Shown here: one piece after another, positions 8,801 to 18,558 of the stretch
Numbering within the stretch: the first letter of the stretch is position 1
Layout of the letters: each line of letters opens with the position of its first letter
NCBI GenBank assembly: GCA_018304385.1
Contig: JAGVWJ010000008.1
Coordinates: 6,643-70,642 of the forward strand
DNA from: Candidatus Micrarchaeota archaeon
Lineage (GTDB): Archaea; Micrarchaeota; Micrarchaeia; Anstonellales; Bilamarchaeaceae
Length of the DNA: 64,000 nt
Direction of reading: 5' to 3'
The notes under the pieces: generated by a model
What the model saw: only the letters and a program-made list of their open reading frames with translations
Databases searched by the model: none
What the model was told of the DNA's origin: nothing
Position numbers and translations under genes: made by a program

Positions 8801-11800
8801 ATGAGGTTGGGGTATAACGAAACTCGTGTTAGTAATTCTTCTTTTGACAGAGGCTTTAGAAATAGCAGTTTAATGAAAGCTGCTCATGCCTTTGTTACTG
8901 TTTGTTCAGCAGCGCTTTTTGCAATTGTTTCTCCTTCTAGTTCAAATGTTTTTCAGATTAGAACAGCAGCTGCTCAAGAAGATATTGACTGCTATGAAAT
9001 AGGAAAGGAAAGTGCTCAAAATTATAAAAAAAGTGGGAACGCTGATCAGCAAGCAAAGGCACTAGAAATGGCCAGATTGTGCGAAAAAGATGGTAAAAAA
9101 TTTAGTGCTGCCAGTATTTATATTGAATTAGAAATGAAAGATGATGCCAAAAGAATAGCTGATGCATTAAGAGCAACAGGAAATGAAAGAGACGTAAGGA
9201 GTGCAGCAACACTCTATAAGAAATTAGGAATGAATCCTGATGAACCTGCACTTCCAGCAGCAGCACAAGCAGAACCACCTAGAGCAGCGCCTTTACTAGG
9301 TGAAGCTGGTGCAGGGGCAGTAAATGCAGGACAAACTAAAGACCCTGAACAAGAACGAGTTGAAAAATTAGCAGAACAATTAAGATTGGCAGAAACCGCT
9401 GAATCAGAGAAAAATTGGACTTATGCAGCTTATAGATACTTGGATGCTTATGCACTATCAAGAGACAATGGACAGAAAACTGGATTAGATCAAAAAGTAA
9501 GAGAAATGGCAAATCTATTGATAGAAAAAGGAGACATTGGTTTAGTTGGTAGTATATATCTCAGATTACACAAGCTAACAAGTGCACAAGATCTTCCTCC
9601 TAAAATAGATGCTGTAAGAAAATATCATGAGCTTTCAGAGGTAGCAAGGCACATCAATGAGCATTTACTTGGAGAACGCCCGGAAAGATCAGCAATATTT
9701 AAAGGAGGTCTTGGCGGCGATCTTGATGTAAATGTGGTATCAGATAGTATGCACCACCTATACGGTGCACGGTATATACGAACAGACACTGAGATTACTG
9801 CATCACATAATTCTAAACAAACAGTTGCTGCAATAAAAGAATTACAAATATTTCTTGGGTTACAAGGAAAAGATGTAAATGTTACTGGAAAATTCGATGT
9901 TGCTACACGAGACGCAGTTCTAGCATTTGTTAAAGAAAAACAACCAACGCTTTTAGCATTATTAAAAGGTGAAACAGTTGAAGTGGCAAGTGGCGTTGCA
10001 GTTAGCGCGCAAGAACTTGCAGCAGGACAAGGTGTTGCTCCAGCACAAGAACAAGCCCCAACTTATGAAAATCTAATGAAAGATGCGACAGCATTAGAAC
10101 AAAAAGACTTAGTTAGTGCAGCTAATAAATTTATAGAAGCTTGTGAAGCCGCTAGAGATGATAAACAAAAAATAGCTGCACGAGATAGAGTAGTTGCAAT
10201 TGCAGATAAACTAGCAGGCAATGGTCAATTCTGGAAAGCTGCAGAATTTTATGAAGATGCAGAAAACAAAGGGGATGAAACAGTTTCAAAAAAACTTATT
10301 TTAACTATAAAACTTGGAGCGCTTAATGATGCAAAGGATGCACTTAGGAGTTTAGAAAAAGACCCAGGTAATAAAGATAAAGAAACTGCTGTTATGTCTG
10401 CATTATATACAGATGGTTCAATACAAACTAGATTTATTGATTTAAATCCAGACGATGATTTAGCAAGTTCGATAGAATGGATGCAAAGAGAACTTCTTGA
10501 ATTTGATAATAGCGGGATTAAACCTACTGGAACATTCGGTCCAAAAACAAGAAGAATGTTAGCAGAAAAAATAGATCAGGATCTCGAACCATTATTAATA
10601 AGAGATTTAAATGCCGCACTTGGGCAGGCTGCACCTGGAGAAGTAGATTTAGGCGAGCCAATAGCTGAACCTGCACGTGAACCAGCACTACCACCAGAAC
10701 AAAGGGCAGCAGTAGAAGAAGCAGCTAGAAGGGAGGCAGAAACTGAAAGACGTGCAGCAGCACAAGATGCAGAGGCAGCTGCGCAATTAAGAGCACAAGC
10801 GCCTCCTGCTTTACCGCCAGTCTCAGAACCTCCATCAGTCGCAAGATATTTCCCATTCACACCAACATCAGTTGTTACTGCTGCAGATGGAAATCCTCAT
10901 TTAATGTTTTCAGTAGGCGGAGATTATAGAAGACTAAGAGTAAATCTTCCTGGGATTACTGCTAGACAAAATTCAAATATAGATTTAGGTGGAGCACACG
11001 GACTCTATTTATTTGAATCAGGATTTGGGATTGGAGCAGAATGGCAGAATACAATAGCAAGACTTGCATTCCCATTAAATGAAAAGGAGTATGAATGGAG
11101 TTCATTAAGAAATTTCTTTGGTTTAGTATTAAGATATACTGACAGAAGCGAAGGTGGGCATACACTATCTCTTCAACTAGTTCCAGGTGGTTCTCGTGTG
11201 CAAGTAGGAACAAACGAAATATGCGATCCAGCAACTGGTGCAATTTGCCAAACTACTTTTGGAGAGTTTGGAATTAAAGGACAAATAATTTATTCAACAC
11301 CAGATGAGGTATTTACTGTATTAGTTGCTGGAAATAGCAATCCTTACGATCAAGCAAGAGGGGCATTAGAAGGAAGAGTTCCGCTTAGCTTTGTTAGTGG
11401 CCAACCAATATTAGTAGAAGTAACAGGTGGAACGCACAGGTTGGTATTGCAAGAAGATGAAACAGGCGTTACAGGAGAGCCAAATGCTAGAAGATGGCAT
11501 GGTGCATTAGAACTTAGATTACCTGTTTGGGGACCAGATCCAAATTTCTATGGCGGACTTTTAGGAAGAGGCGGAGTAGAAGTTATTGATCCTACAACTT
11601 ATGATTCAAGCAGATATTTATCAGCGAATGCAGGTGGTTTCTTAGAGCTTGGACCAGTGCAATTAGTATTACAATATAAATGGCATTTAAGAGAGGATCA
11701 AAGAGGATTATTCTTATCCTTAGGTATGTTACTAGGTGGACCAACAGGTGCACAAGGAGATGGCAACGCAAGATTCTTAGGTGCGGGTGTTGCTGAATGG

Positions 11801-11878
11801 GCTAGACTAAATGCATTTGATGCCCCAGGATCATTTACACCAGAAAATGCAGTTGTGCGTGTAGGAGCAACAAGATAA
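8801..11878 (+). CDS. large secreted protein with two peptidoglycan-binding-like (PGB_1-like) modules and a C-terminal ~330 aa beta-rich domain shared with ORF 13974-15713
   Basis: 1025 aa; signal-like N-term; LGLQGKDVNVTGKFDVATRDAVLAF and IKPTGTFGPKTRRMLAEKI resemble PGB_1; C-terminal amphipathic strands (GGFLELGPVQLVLQYKWH) and ...AVVRVGATR end align with 13974 paralog. Confidence 0.7.
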   Translation: MRLGYNETRVSNSSFDRGFRNSSLMKAAHAFVTVCSAALFAIVSPSSSNVFQIRTAAAQEDIDCYEIGKESAQNYKKSGNADQQAKALEMARLCEKDGKKFSAASIYIELEMKDDAKRIADALRATGNERDVRSAATLYKKLGMNPDEPALPAAAQAEPPRAAPLLGEAGAGAVNAGQTKDPEQERVEKLAEQLRLAETAESEKNWTYAAYRYLDAYALSRDNGQKTGLDQKVREMANLLIEKGDIGLVGSIYLRLHKLTSAQDLPPKIDAVRKYHELSEVARHINEHLLGERPERSAIFKGGLGGDLDVNVVSDSMHHLYGARYIRTDTEITASHNSKQTVAAIKELQIFLGLQGKDVNVTGKFDVATRDAVLAFVKEKQPTLLALLKGETVEVASGVAVSAQELAAGQGVAPAQEQAPTYENLMKDATALEQKDLVSAANKFIEACEAARDDKQKIAARDRVVAIADKLAGNGQFWKAAEFYEDAENKGDETVSKKLILTIKLGALNDAKDALRSLEKDPGNKDKETAVMSALYTDGSIQTRFIDLNPDDDLASSIEWMQRELLEFDNSGIKPTGTFGPKTRRMLAEKIDQDLEPLLIRDLNAALGQAAPGEVDLGEPIAEPAREPALPPEQRAAVEEAARREAETERRAAAQDAEAAAQLRAQAPPALPPVSEPPSVARYFPFTPTSVVTAADGNPHLMFSVGGDYRRLRVNLPGITARQNSNIDLGGAHGLYLFESGFGIGAEWQNTIARLAFPLNEKEYEWSSLRNFFGLVLRYTDRSEGGHTLSLQLVPGGSRVQVGTNEICDPATGAICQTTFGEFGIKGQIIYSTPDEVFTVLVAGNSNPYDQARGALEGRVPLSFVSGQPILVEVTGGTHRLVLQEDETGVTGEPNARRWHGALELRLPVWGPDPNFYGGLLGRGGVEVIDPTTYDSSRYLSANAGGFLELGPVQLVLQYKWHLREDQRGLFLSLGMLLGGPTGAQGDGNARFLGAGVAEWARLNAFDAPGSFTPENAVVRVGATR

Positions 11879-11908
11879 ATATATAATTCTTAGTGTTCTT
11901 ATTTTTTT

Positions 11909-12670
11909 ATGGATTTGAAAGCTATAGAAAAGTATTTGGATCCATACCGAATCATTTTTCTATCTCTAATAATTCTTGTTCTTATAAACGGGCAGTTGCA
12001 AGGTTTTAATGATGCAATTTTATCCTCGCTTACAGCCCTGGTTGTTTCTGTTGCAGTAGACGTAATAGCCACATATATAAAAACCAAAAAAATAATTTTA
12101 TCTTATGGTCCGGCAATAAGTGGATTAATACTTGCATTAGTTTTTTCACCTAATCTACCATTATATAATATTGCTGGAACTGCTGCGCTTGCGCAAGTGC
12201 TAAAACATATTGTTCGATATAAAAATAATAATCTCTTTAATCCAGCATCACTTGCAATGATAATTGTTTTCTTGCAAGTTCCTGCAGAGGCATGGTGGGG
12301 AAATAAAATTCCAGAAGCATTGATACTTGGTCTAATCGTTTCTTGGAGAATAAAACGATTGCCTGCAAGTATTACATTTATGATCGCATATACTATTTTT
12401 AGTATGTTGGTTGGGTCGCTAATAGCCAAAAGCCAACAGCCAATAGCAAATTATATTGATCTATCAACTGGCTGGGTTTTCTTTGCTTTTTTCATGCTTG
12501 TTGAACCAAGAACATCACCGCGCGCATTGAAAGCACAGATAATGTATGCTTCGCTGATTGCGTTGATTGCTACAATGGGTTTTACTTATAGTTTACATTC
12601 ACCAATATTACTTGCGTTATTAATTGGAAATGCAGCTAGTACATTTTATTTTAGTAAGCTAAAAAATTAG
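11909..12670 (+). CDS. RnfD/NqrB-like integral membrane protein (stand-alone)
   Basis: 253 aa polytopic; FNPASLA and MLVEPRTSP resemble the RnfD/NqrB family TDPxTSP signature. Confidence 0.45.
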   Translation: MDLKAIEKYLDPYRIIFLSLIILVLINGQLQGFNDAILSSLTALVVSVAVDVIATYIKTKKIILSYGPAISGLILALVFSPNLPLYNIAGTAALAQVLKHIVRYKNNNLFNPASLAMIIVFLQVPAEAWWGNKIPEALILGLIVSWRIKRLPASITFMIAYTIFSMLVGSLIAKSQQPIANYIDLSTGWVFFAFFMLVEPRTSPRALKAQIMYASLIALIATMGFTYSLHSPILLALLIGNAASTFYFSKLKN

Positions 12671-12825
12671 TCATTTTCTTCAAGTTTCTTTTTCAACTGC
12701 GCTATTTCTTCATGCAGAAATATGTTCTTTTTTAGAGGATCCATCTTTGCTTTCTTTTCAAGTTCCTCTAGCTTTGCTTTTATGTTTGCTTTTCTTCTAG
12801 AAAGATCTTTTTTGCTCATTCCCAT
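12667..12825 (-). CDS. small coiled-coil protein, unknown
   Basis: MGMSKKDLSRRKANIKAKLEELEKKAKMD... about 52 aa; low complexity, may be spurious. Confidence 0.25.
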   Translation of the reverse strand: MGMSKKDLSRRKANIKAKLEELEKKAKMDPLKKNIFLHEEIAQLKKKLEEND

Positions 12826-12861
12826 ACTGAGTATTAAAATAATAAAATTAATAAATAAGAC

Positions 12862-13105
12862 CTTTGACGCGCATCGCGTCAAAATTTTTCATCAAAAGGA
12901 AAAAACGCCTCCGCCGGGGTTGACGGCCTTGCTGTCAAATCTTGTCCGACAGGACAAGGCTTTCGAACCCGGGTCGTGGACGAGCTGCTCAGTCCTGAGT
13001 TTTCTGTTCTGCGTTTCGCGTCACTAGTTTTTCTCAGGGCTTTTGACCAATGTCTTTACTTTTGCCACAAGTATGGCAGAAGTCAAAAGTAATGACTGAC
13101 AGGCC
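12862..13105. ncRNA. GC-rich structured RNA candidate (identity unknown; not matching RNase P or SRP consensus)
   Basis: core 12905-12997 is about 60% GC in a 33% GC genome; hairpins TTGACGCG-CAT-CGCGTCAA, CTTGTCC-GACA-GGACAAG, long-range complementarity TGACGCG/CGCGTCA, TGACAGGCC/GGCCTTGCTGTCA; no ORF. Confidence 0.35.
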
Positions 13106-13246
13106 CATATGCTAACCATTGTGCTACTACTTAACGAAGTAGTTTTGGGGTGCCTTTTCCTAAAAGGCATAACTACACCACAGAGGCATAAAGAATATAA
13201 ACGGTGTGGGGTAATCTTTTTAAGCGCTTACTTTTTATATCATCTT

Positions 13247-13909
13247 ATGAAAAAGATAAAAATCTTAGGAATGACGCTTGATACGTTCATGGGAATATTT
13301 ATATCTCTCGTTACAGTAATCGCTGCTTGGACCTCAAACCAATCTGGTGATTACATCCAAGAGGCAAATGATTTAAACAGACAGTCCCTTAACCACCTTG
13401 TAAATGCAAGCAACTGGTGGAATTATTACCAAGCACATAGATTACGTGTGACACTGTTTGAAAACGATATAATTGATGAAAGCGGAAAAGATGTTTTTAA
13501 AATATTAGAAGAATATGATGATAAAGTCTCTAAGAACAACACGCCTATAAGACAAGAACTATTAGATACACTAAAAGGAGAAGGAGTTAATACTGCAAAA
13601 CTAGATAGCTATTTAACTGGCCTAGAGAAAAGTTCCTTAAAATATAAAGATGGACAAGAATACGCAAGAAATGCAGAAAAGGCACAAGCAAAAGCAGCGG
13701 ATGCAGCCGCAGTTGCGACGGATTATGCAACTGCTTATCAGGTTATCACTCTTATACTAGTTATATCAATGGGCTTAGGAGGTATAGCAGTTATTCTAAA
13801 CATACCTGGGCTTGCATTTGGTTCAATCTTAGTTGGAGTTGCGGGTATATTACATTTATTATTAATTTTATTTGCTCCTGGAATAGTTGGATTAACCCCA
13901 CTAAACTAG
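13247..13909 (+). CDS. membrane protein with N- and C-terminal TM helices and central helical region (DUF4337-like)
   Basis: ORF track 13109-13909; likely start MKKIKILGM; central KAQAKAADAAAVATDYA coiled region; C-terminal TM pair. Confidence 0.45.
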   Translation: MKKIKILGMTLDTFMGIFISLVTVIAAWTSNQSGDYIQEANDLNRQSLNHLVNASNWWNYYQAHRLRVTLFENDIIDESGKDVFKILEEYDDKVSKNNTPIRQELLDTLKGEGVNTAKLDSYLTGLEKSSLKYKDGQEYARNAEKAQAKAADAAAVATDYATAYQVITLILVISMGLGGIAVILNIPGLAFGSILVGVAGILHLLLILFAPGIVGLTPLN

Positions 13910-13973
13910 AAAGATATAAGAAACTCGTTTTTGTCTATATCTAGTAACATTTATAAAGTGTTATAAATATAAT

Positions 13974-15713
13974 ATGATGATGAGATTGCATTATAGCAAC
14001 TCCACTAATTCCAATCAGAAAAACCCTAATCGCTTTAGGATAGCACATGCTATAAAAAATATTGGGACTGCGATATTCGCAACATTTTTTCTAGCAAACA
14101 CTGCACATGCTGCAGAAACAACCAGACCACGTACTAATTCTGATATAGCTATTTCAGGTGATGGAAATAATAGATCGCAGCTTGTTATTGGAGGAGAATA
14201 TTTTAGATATAGAGATTCGGTCCCAACACTAGCTGGAGATTCTAATCAACATACAGATCAACATACGGTAAGTGCCAGTTTGGCATTGCGTGTTGCAAAC
14301 CCTTTATTTATCATTGGAAGGTATGCATATACAAATGCTGAATTGGATCTTAATCTTGCAAGTGGACCGTATAGTGGGGCTTATACTACAGCAGTTGATA
14401 GAAAGGATTCTATACTTGCAGGGCTTAAGCTAGTTCTTGATACAAATGCAGGGGCATTTTTTATTCAGGCATTAGGGGGTGTAATAATCCCCAGAGATTA
14501 TAGAACAGAAGTAATTGGTATGCCTCCAATAGTTAATAACGCTCCAGTTGATTTTGATGGTATGTTAGAAGGAGTGTATCTATCCCCAGCACAAAAATTC
14601 GCCATTTTTACTACAGTATTGCGCAATGCATTTGACCCATTTATATTTTCTTTGCAAGATCGCCATTTGCCAAGTTTAGTAAATGGTGTTCCAACCGTTG
14701 TTGAGGCTAACGCAACAAGCCACCGTATATATCTACAACAAACAGATGATGGTGTCACAGAACACCCAAACGGTAGGCGTTATCTTGGTTCTTTGGATTT
14801 ATTTGTCCCTGCCTTTGGTTCAGATGAATTGTATGCGGGGCTTGATGGTGGGGTAGGATATGATATCATTTGCCCACTTAATGAATGCGGAAATGAAGAA
14901 ATACATAGATTTATGGCTAATGGCGGTGCTTTCTTCGATCTTGGGTCCATTCAAATTTCTATTGATTACAATCATCATGGCAAGGATAATATGCTTGTTC
15001 TAACAGTAGGTACGTACGCTGAAAGTAAAAAACTATTTTTTGGTGGAAGATACATTCGTCCACTTAATGACGCTAGAACAGAACATGCAGTAGTAAGGGC
15101 AGGTATTAACGAGGAAACTGAGGAGAGTTCACGCGATGGAACGGATAGTGGAGGTGGCGGGGATTTAGGGGGAAGTAGTCCTGATGGCAAAGATAAAAGA
15201 GATACTAAGGGAACAGAAATTACACCTCCAGAAGCAGGGCAAGAGGATGAAGTACAAGCGCCTCCAGACGCAGGTAGCCAACCTGACCCAATAAATGCTG
15301 GCAGAACAGTTGAAGTAACAGATTTACCTGCAGAGCTCCAAGGAAAAAACCAAAGAGAAATAGGAAGAATCCTAAATGTATTGGAATATGATTTCAATAA
15401 TCTGACGTATGTGCCTTGGCAAAAGGTAATAAATGATTTAGTAAATACGGGTTACTTAGACACGAATAAAATAAATATAAGTACAGGACCTAAAAACAGA
15501 CGGATGAAAAAAGCAGTTGAAGATCTCCAAAGAACAATTAACGAATATTTAGGAACGCGAAACCTTCAATATTATTATCGTGGCGAAAATACCACAACCC
15601 CATTAGATGATGACGGCCAGATTGGTGGAAGAACGGCTGCTGCAACATCAGCATTTCTAAAATTCGCAATAAATGAAATCAGAGCAGCCTATCAAATGGA
15701 ACTGTTTGAATAA
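13974..15713 (+). CDS. secreted protein: N-terminal beta-rich domain paralogous to C-terminus of 8801-11878, Gly/Asp-rich linker, C-terminal PGB-like module
   Basis: 579 aa; signal-like region FATFFLANTAHAAE; GRRYLGSLDLFVPAFG...GGAFFDLGSIQISIDYNHH...AVVRAGI aligns with the 1025 aa paralog; C-term DGQIGGRTAAATSAFLKF PGB_1-like. Confidence 0.7.
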   Translation: MMMRLHYSNSTNSNQKNPNRFRIAHAIKNIGTAIFATFFLANTAHAAETTRPRTNSDIAISGDGNNRSQLVIGGEYFRYRDSVPTLAGDSNQHTDQHTVSASLALRVANPLFIIGRYAYTNAELDLNLASGPYSGAYTTAVDRKDSILAGLKLVLDTNAGAFFIQALGGVIIPRDYRTEVIGMPPIVNNAPVDFDGMLEGVYLSPAQKFAIFTTVLRNAFDPFIFSLQDRHLPSLVNGVPTVVEANATSHRIYLQQTDDGVTEHPNGRRYLGSLDLFVPAFGSDELYAGLDGGVGYDIICPLNECGNEEIHRFMANGGAFFDLGSIQISIDYNHHGKDNMLVLTVGTYAESKKLFFGGRYIRPLNDARTEHAVVRAGINEETEESSRDGTDSGGGGDLGGSSPDGKDKRDTKGTEITPPEAGQEDEVQAPPDAGSQPDPINAGRTVEVTDLPAELQGKNQREIGRILNVLEYDFNNLTYVPWQKVINDLVNTGYLDTNKINISTGPKNRRMKKAVEDLQRTINEYLGTRNLQYYYRGENTTTPLDDDGQIGGRTAAATSAFLKFAINEIRAAYQMELFE

Positions 15714-15802
15714 ACCAAATCTTTAAAATAAGCTATGTACCATAATATTTAACTGGTTCTCTCCGATTTTTTTATCTTCAGAGAGGGAACTGGGTTTTAA
15801 TA

Positions 15803-17356
15803 ATGTCAGTTAAACGTGCATTAATATCTGTTTTTGATAAAAAGGGTATTGTAGAATTTGCCAAATCGCTTTCTGATCTTAATATAGAAATTATTTCTAG
15901 TGGTGGTACTGCCAAACTACTTAAAAGCGAGCAAATCAAAGTAACAGATGTTTCTACTTTTACGGGGTTTCCAGAAATGATGGACGGTCGCGTAAAAACG
16001 CTGCATCCGAAAGTACATGGTGCGATACTCGCTGATCGTTCAAAGAAAACACATTTAGAACAAGCGAAAAAACAAGGAATAGAACTAATTGATCTCGTAG
16101 TTGTTAACCTTTATCCTTTCGAACAGGTAATAAATAATAGTAATCTAGAAACAGCAATTGAAAATATTGATATTGGTGGACCTGCGTTATTGCGGAGCGC
16201 TGCAAAAAATTATAAAGATGTTGCATGTGTTGTTAATCCTGCTCGCTACCCAGATATAATAAATGAACTAAAAAATAATAAAAAAATAAGCGAAAAAACG
16301 CGCGAAACACTTGCATTGGAAGTATGGGAACACGTAGCGCATTATGATGTAATAATAGAAACCTATTTTAGAAAAGTATTCAAGAAGGATAAAAAACCTC
16401 CTGAATACTTAAATCTTACATTTAAAAAATGGCAGGATTTGCGCTATGGCGAAAACCCGCACCAAGGAGCAGCTATTTATATAGATACAAACTTCAACGG
16501 GCCATCAGTACTTAATGCAAAGCAATTACAAGGTAAACACCTCTCTTATAATAACATACAAGATGCTGCATCTGCATTTGAGCTTGTTAAAGAATTTGAT
16601 GAACCAACTGCAGTTATTGTAAAACATAATAATCCAAGCGGAGTTGCTTCTTCGCATGACATAGTCGAAGCATATAAGCTTGCTAGGAGTGTTGATCCAG
16701 AGGCTGCATTTGGTGGTGTAGTCGCAATTAACCAGCCAGTAAGCGGGGATCTTGCAAAAGAAATAATTTCTGTTTTTGTTGAAATTGTGCTTGCGCCTAG
16801 TTTTAGCGAAGCTGCAAAGGATGTTTTCAAGGTAAGGAGAAATTTACGGTTGTTAGAAATCATTGATTTCAAAACAAAACGAGCACCGTATAAAGAATAT
16901 AAAACTGTTGCAGGCGGATTGCTTGCACAGGATGCAGATACGTTACTTTTGGAAAAAGGCATGCGATTTATTACAAAAAGAAAGCCCACACGCGAGGAGA
17001 TGCAGGCAATGTTATACGCATGGAAGATTGCGAAATATGTTAAATCAAATGCAATAGTTTATGCAAGGCCAAATCGTGCTGTTGGCATTGGTGCTGGACA
17101 GATGAAGCGAGTTGATGCTGCTAAATTAGCTGCAATGATTGCACGAGACTACTCGGGCGAGATTAGTTTGCGTGGATGTGCAATGGCTAGTGATGCGTTC
17201 TTTCCATTTCGCGATGGTATTGATTATGCTGCAAAACTAGGCATAACTGCGATTATTCAACCTGGCGGCTCGTTAAAAGATGAAGAAGTAATCAAGGCTG
17301 CTGATGAACATAATATTGCGATGATATTTACTGGAGTGAGGCATTTTAGGCACTAA
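15803..17356 (+). CDS. purH: bifunctional AICAR transformylase / IMP cyclohydrolase
   Basis: 517 aa; MGS-like N-domain (ALISVFDKKGIVEFAK, SSGGTAKLL) + AICARFT/IMPCHase domain. Confidence 0.9.
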   Translation: MSVKRALISVFDKKGIVEFAKSLSDLNIEIISSGGTAKLLKSEQIKVTDVSTFTGFPEMMDGRVKTLHPKVHGAILADRSKKTHLEQAKKQGIELIDLVVVNLYPFEQVINNSNLETAIENIDIGGPALLRSAAKNYKDVACVVNPARYPDIINELKNNKKISEKTRETLALEVWEHVAHYDVIIETYFRKVFKKDKKPPEYLNLTFKKWQDLRYGENPHQGAAIYIDTNFNGPSVLNAKQLQGKHLSYNNIQDAASAFELVKEFDEPTAVIVKHNNPSGVASSHDIVEAYKLARSVDPEAAFGGVVAINQPVSGDLAKEIISVFVEIVLAPSFSEAAKDVFKVRRNLRLLEIIDFKTKRAPYKEYKTVAGGLLAQDADTLLLEKGMRFITKRKPTREEMQAMLYAWKIAKYVKSNAIVYARPNRAVGIGAGQMKRVDAAKLAAMIARDYSGEISLRGCAMASDAFFPFRDGIDYAAKLGITAIIQPGGSLKDEEVIKAADEHNIAMIFTGVRHFRH

Positions 17357-17363
17357 ATTACTG

Positions 17364-17393
17364 CTATGGGCATTGAGCCTTGAGCAGTGGGCA
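17364..17393. repeat. heptamer tandem repeat copy CTATGGGC ATTGAGC CTTGAGC AGTGGGC A
   Basis: direct reading, immediately after purH stop. Confidence 0.5.
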
Positions 17394-17432
17394 AACCAAA
17401 ACTTATTTAAACTATTTTATAATATTAAATTC

Positions 17433-18173
17433 ATGCGAAAAATATTTTTATTACTCCTCCTAGTATCTTTTGTTCTTGCTGCACCTCCAGATTGGGTTAA
17501 ACAAGGCGTAAAAATAACTTATACTGCAACACCTGGCGGAGATGTATCATATGAGGTTCTTAGTGTTTCTGCTACTGAAGTGAAAATTGATCAAAGCCCA
17601 GGTGGCGCACCAACTGATAATGCAAGCGCGGATTCTGGAAGTTTCTGGTATGATAAATCAAAAACATCAACGCTTAGTCAGGATGATAGTATAGATGGAT
17701 GGAAGATATTTGAAAAAGATGTCGTGGTAACTGCAGCTGGCAAAAGTTGGGTAACACTTAAAATGAAAAAAACTTTATTTGGCCAACAAACAGAAAGATG
17801 GGTTGATAAGGAAACCGGATTATTGATAAAACAAGCCATACCTTCACAAACAGTATTATTAAAATCAATTAACCCGCCGTTTGGTTCTGAATCTGCAACA
17901 CCAGTGCCATCTCCAATATTGTCTGGAACCCCTCAGCCACAACCATCTCCAAGCGATGATTTGCCTCCGTTGCCTTCTGATGGGCAGCCTTCTCCGACTC
18001 CAAGTCCGCAACCAAGTGGGCAACCTACCCCCAGTAATACATCTGCGCCTTCTCCTGCACCAGCCCCAGGACCAGTACCTGATTTAAAACCACCTGATAG
18101 CAATGTGCCATGCTGCCCAATTGCATTTATGCTACTTATTTTAGGATTTGTTGTTTATAGACACAAGAATTAG
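17433..18173 (+). CDS. cell-surface protein with Pro/Ser/Thr-rich stalk and C-terminal TM anchor
   Basis: MRKIFLLLLLVSFVLA signal; PSPTPSPQPSGQPTPS linker; C-terminal CCPIAFMLLILGFVVYRHKN anchor; ORF track start 17373 lies in heptamer repeat. Confidence 0.55.
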   Translation: MRKIFLLLLLVSFVLAAPPDWVKQGVKITYTATPGGDVSYEVLSVSATEVKIDQSPGGAPTDNASADSGSFWYDKSKTSTLSQDDSIDGWKIFEKDVVVTAAGKSWVTLKMKKTLFGQQTERWVDKETGLLIKQAIPSQTVLLKSINPPFGSESATPVPSPILSGTPQPQPSPSDDLPPLPSDGQPSPTPSPQPSGQPTPSNTSAPSPAPAPGPVPDLKPPDSNVPCCPIAFMLLILGFVVYRHKN

Positions 18174-18180
18174 CCTTCAG

Positions 18181-18204
18181 CAATGAGCCTTGAGCAGTGG
18201 GCCA
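18181..18204. repeat. heptamer tandem repeat copy CAATGAGC CTTGAGC AGTGGGC CA
   Basis: direct reading, intergenic. Confidence 0.5.
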
Positions 18205-18208
18205 TGAG

Positions 18209-18523
18209 TTACAATAAAGCATGTTCTCTTAAAACTTTTCTTAATGCGCCTTCAGTTTCCCAATGAGGCAATAATGCACGATCAACTAAAACTTCTTTAA
18301 ATCTTATTCTGTCCCTTAATGTCGCAGACCTTCGACCCCCTTCTCGTGAGATATCAGTAGCTGTTCTAAGCTCTCTTCGTTCAACATCATAAACAAACCA
18401 TCGTCTATCGTTGGGACCTTTTGCATAAATAGTAACCATTTTAGCTGGCTGATCTGGAAACCTATGAAAATAAGGCAGAACTCTATTTGGGTTATTTCTT
18501 GGATATCTATGTACAGAAACCAT
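18209..18523 (-). CDS. hypothetical protein (basic, 104 aa)
   Basis: ORF with elevated GC relative to the window; no recognised family. Confidence 0.35.
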   Translation of the reverse strand: MVSVHRYPRNNPNRVLPYFHRFPDQPAKMVTIYAKGPNDRRWFVYDVERRELRTATDISREGGRRSATLRDRIRFKEVLVDRALLPHWETEGALRKVLREHALL

Positions 18524-18558
18524 AGTTCTTATATGTTACAAAATTTATATAAATGTTA

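Noticed and set aside
10576-11243. Minus-strand ORFs 10576-10860 and 10962-11243 inside the 1025-aa surface protein gene
   Set aside because: Antisense to a long, domain-supported ORF, with compositional artefacts (Ala/Ser/Gly runs).
12862-13105. Possibility that the GC-rich island is RNase P RNA, SRP RNA or a canonical tRNA
   Set aside because: None of the universal motifs were found on either strand (GAAAGUCC, ACAGAA for RNase P; GGAAGCAGCC-type helix 8 for SRP), and no cloverleaf could be assembled, so it is left as an unknown structured RNA.
14498-15397. Minus-strand ORFs within 13974-15713
   Set aside because: Antisense shadow ORFs with no motifs.
16546-17057. ORFs 16546-16989 (-) and 16863-17057 (+) inside purH
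   Set aside because: Overlap a highly conserved gene and are out of frame.
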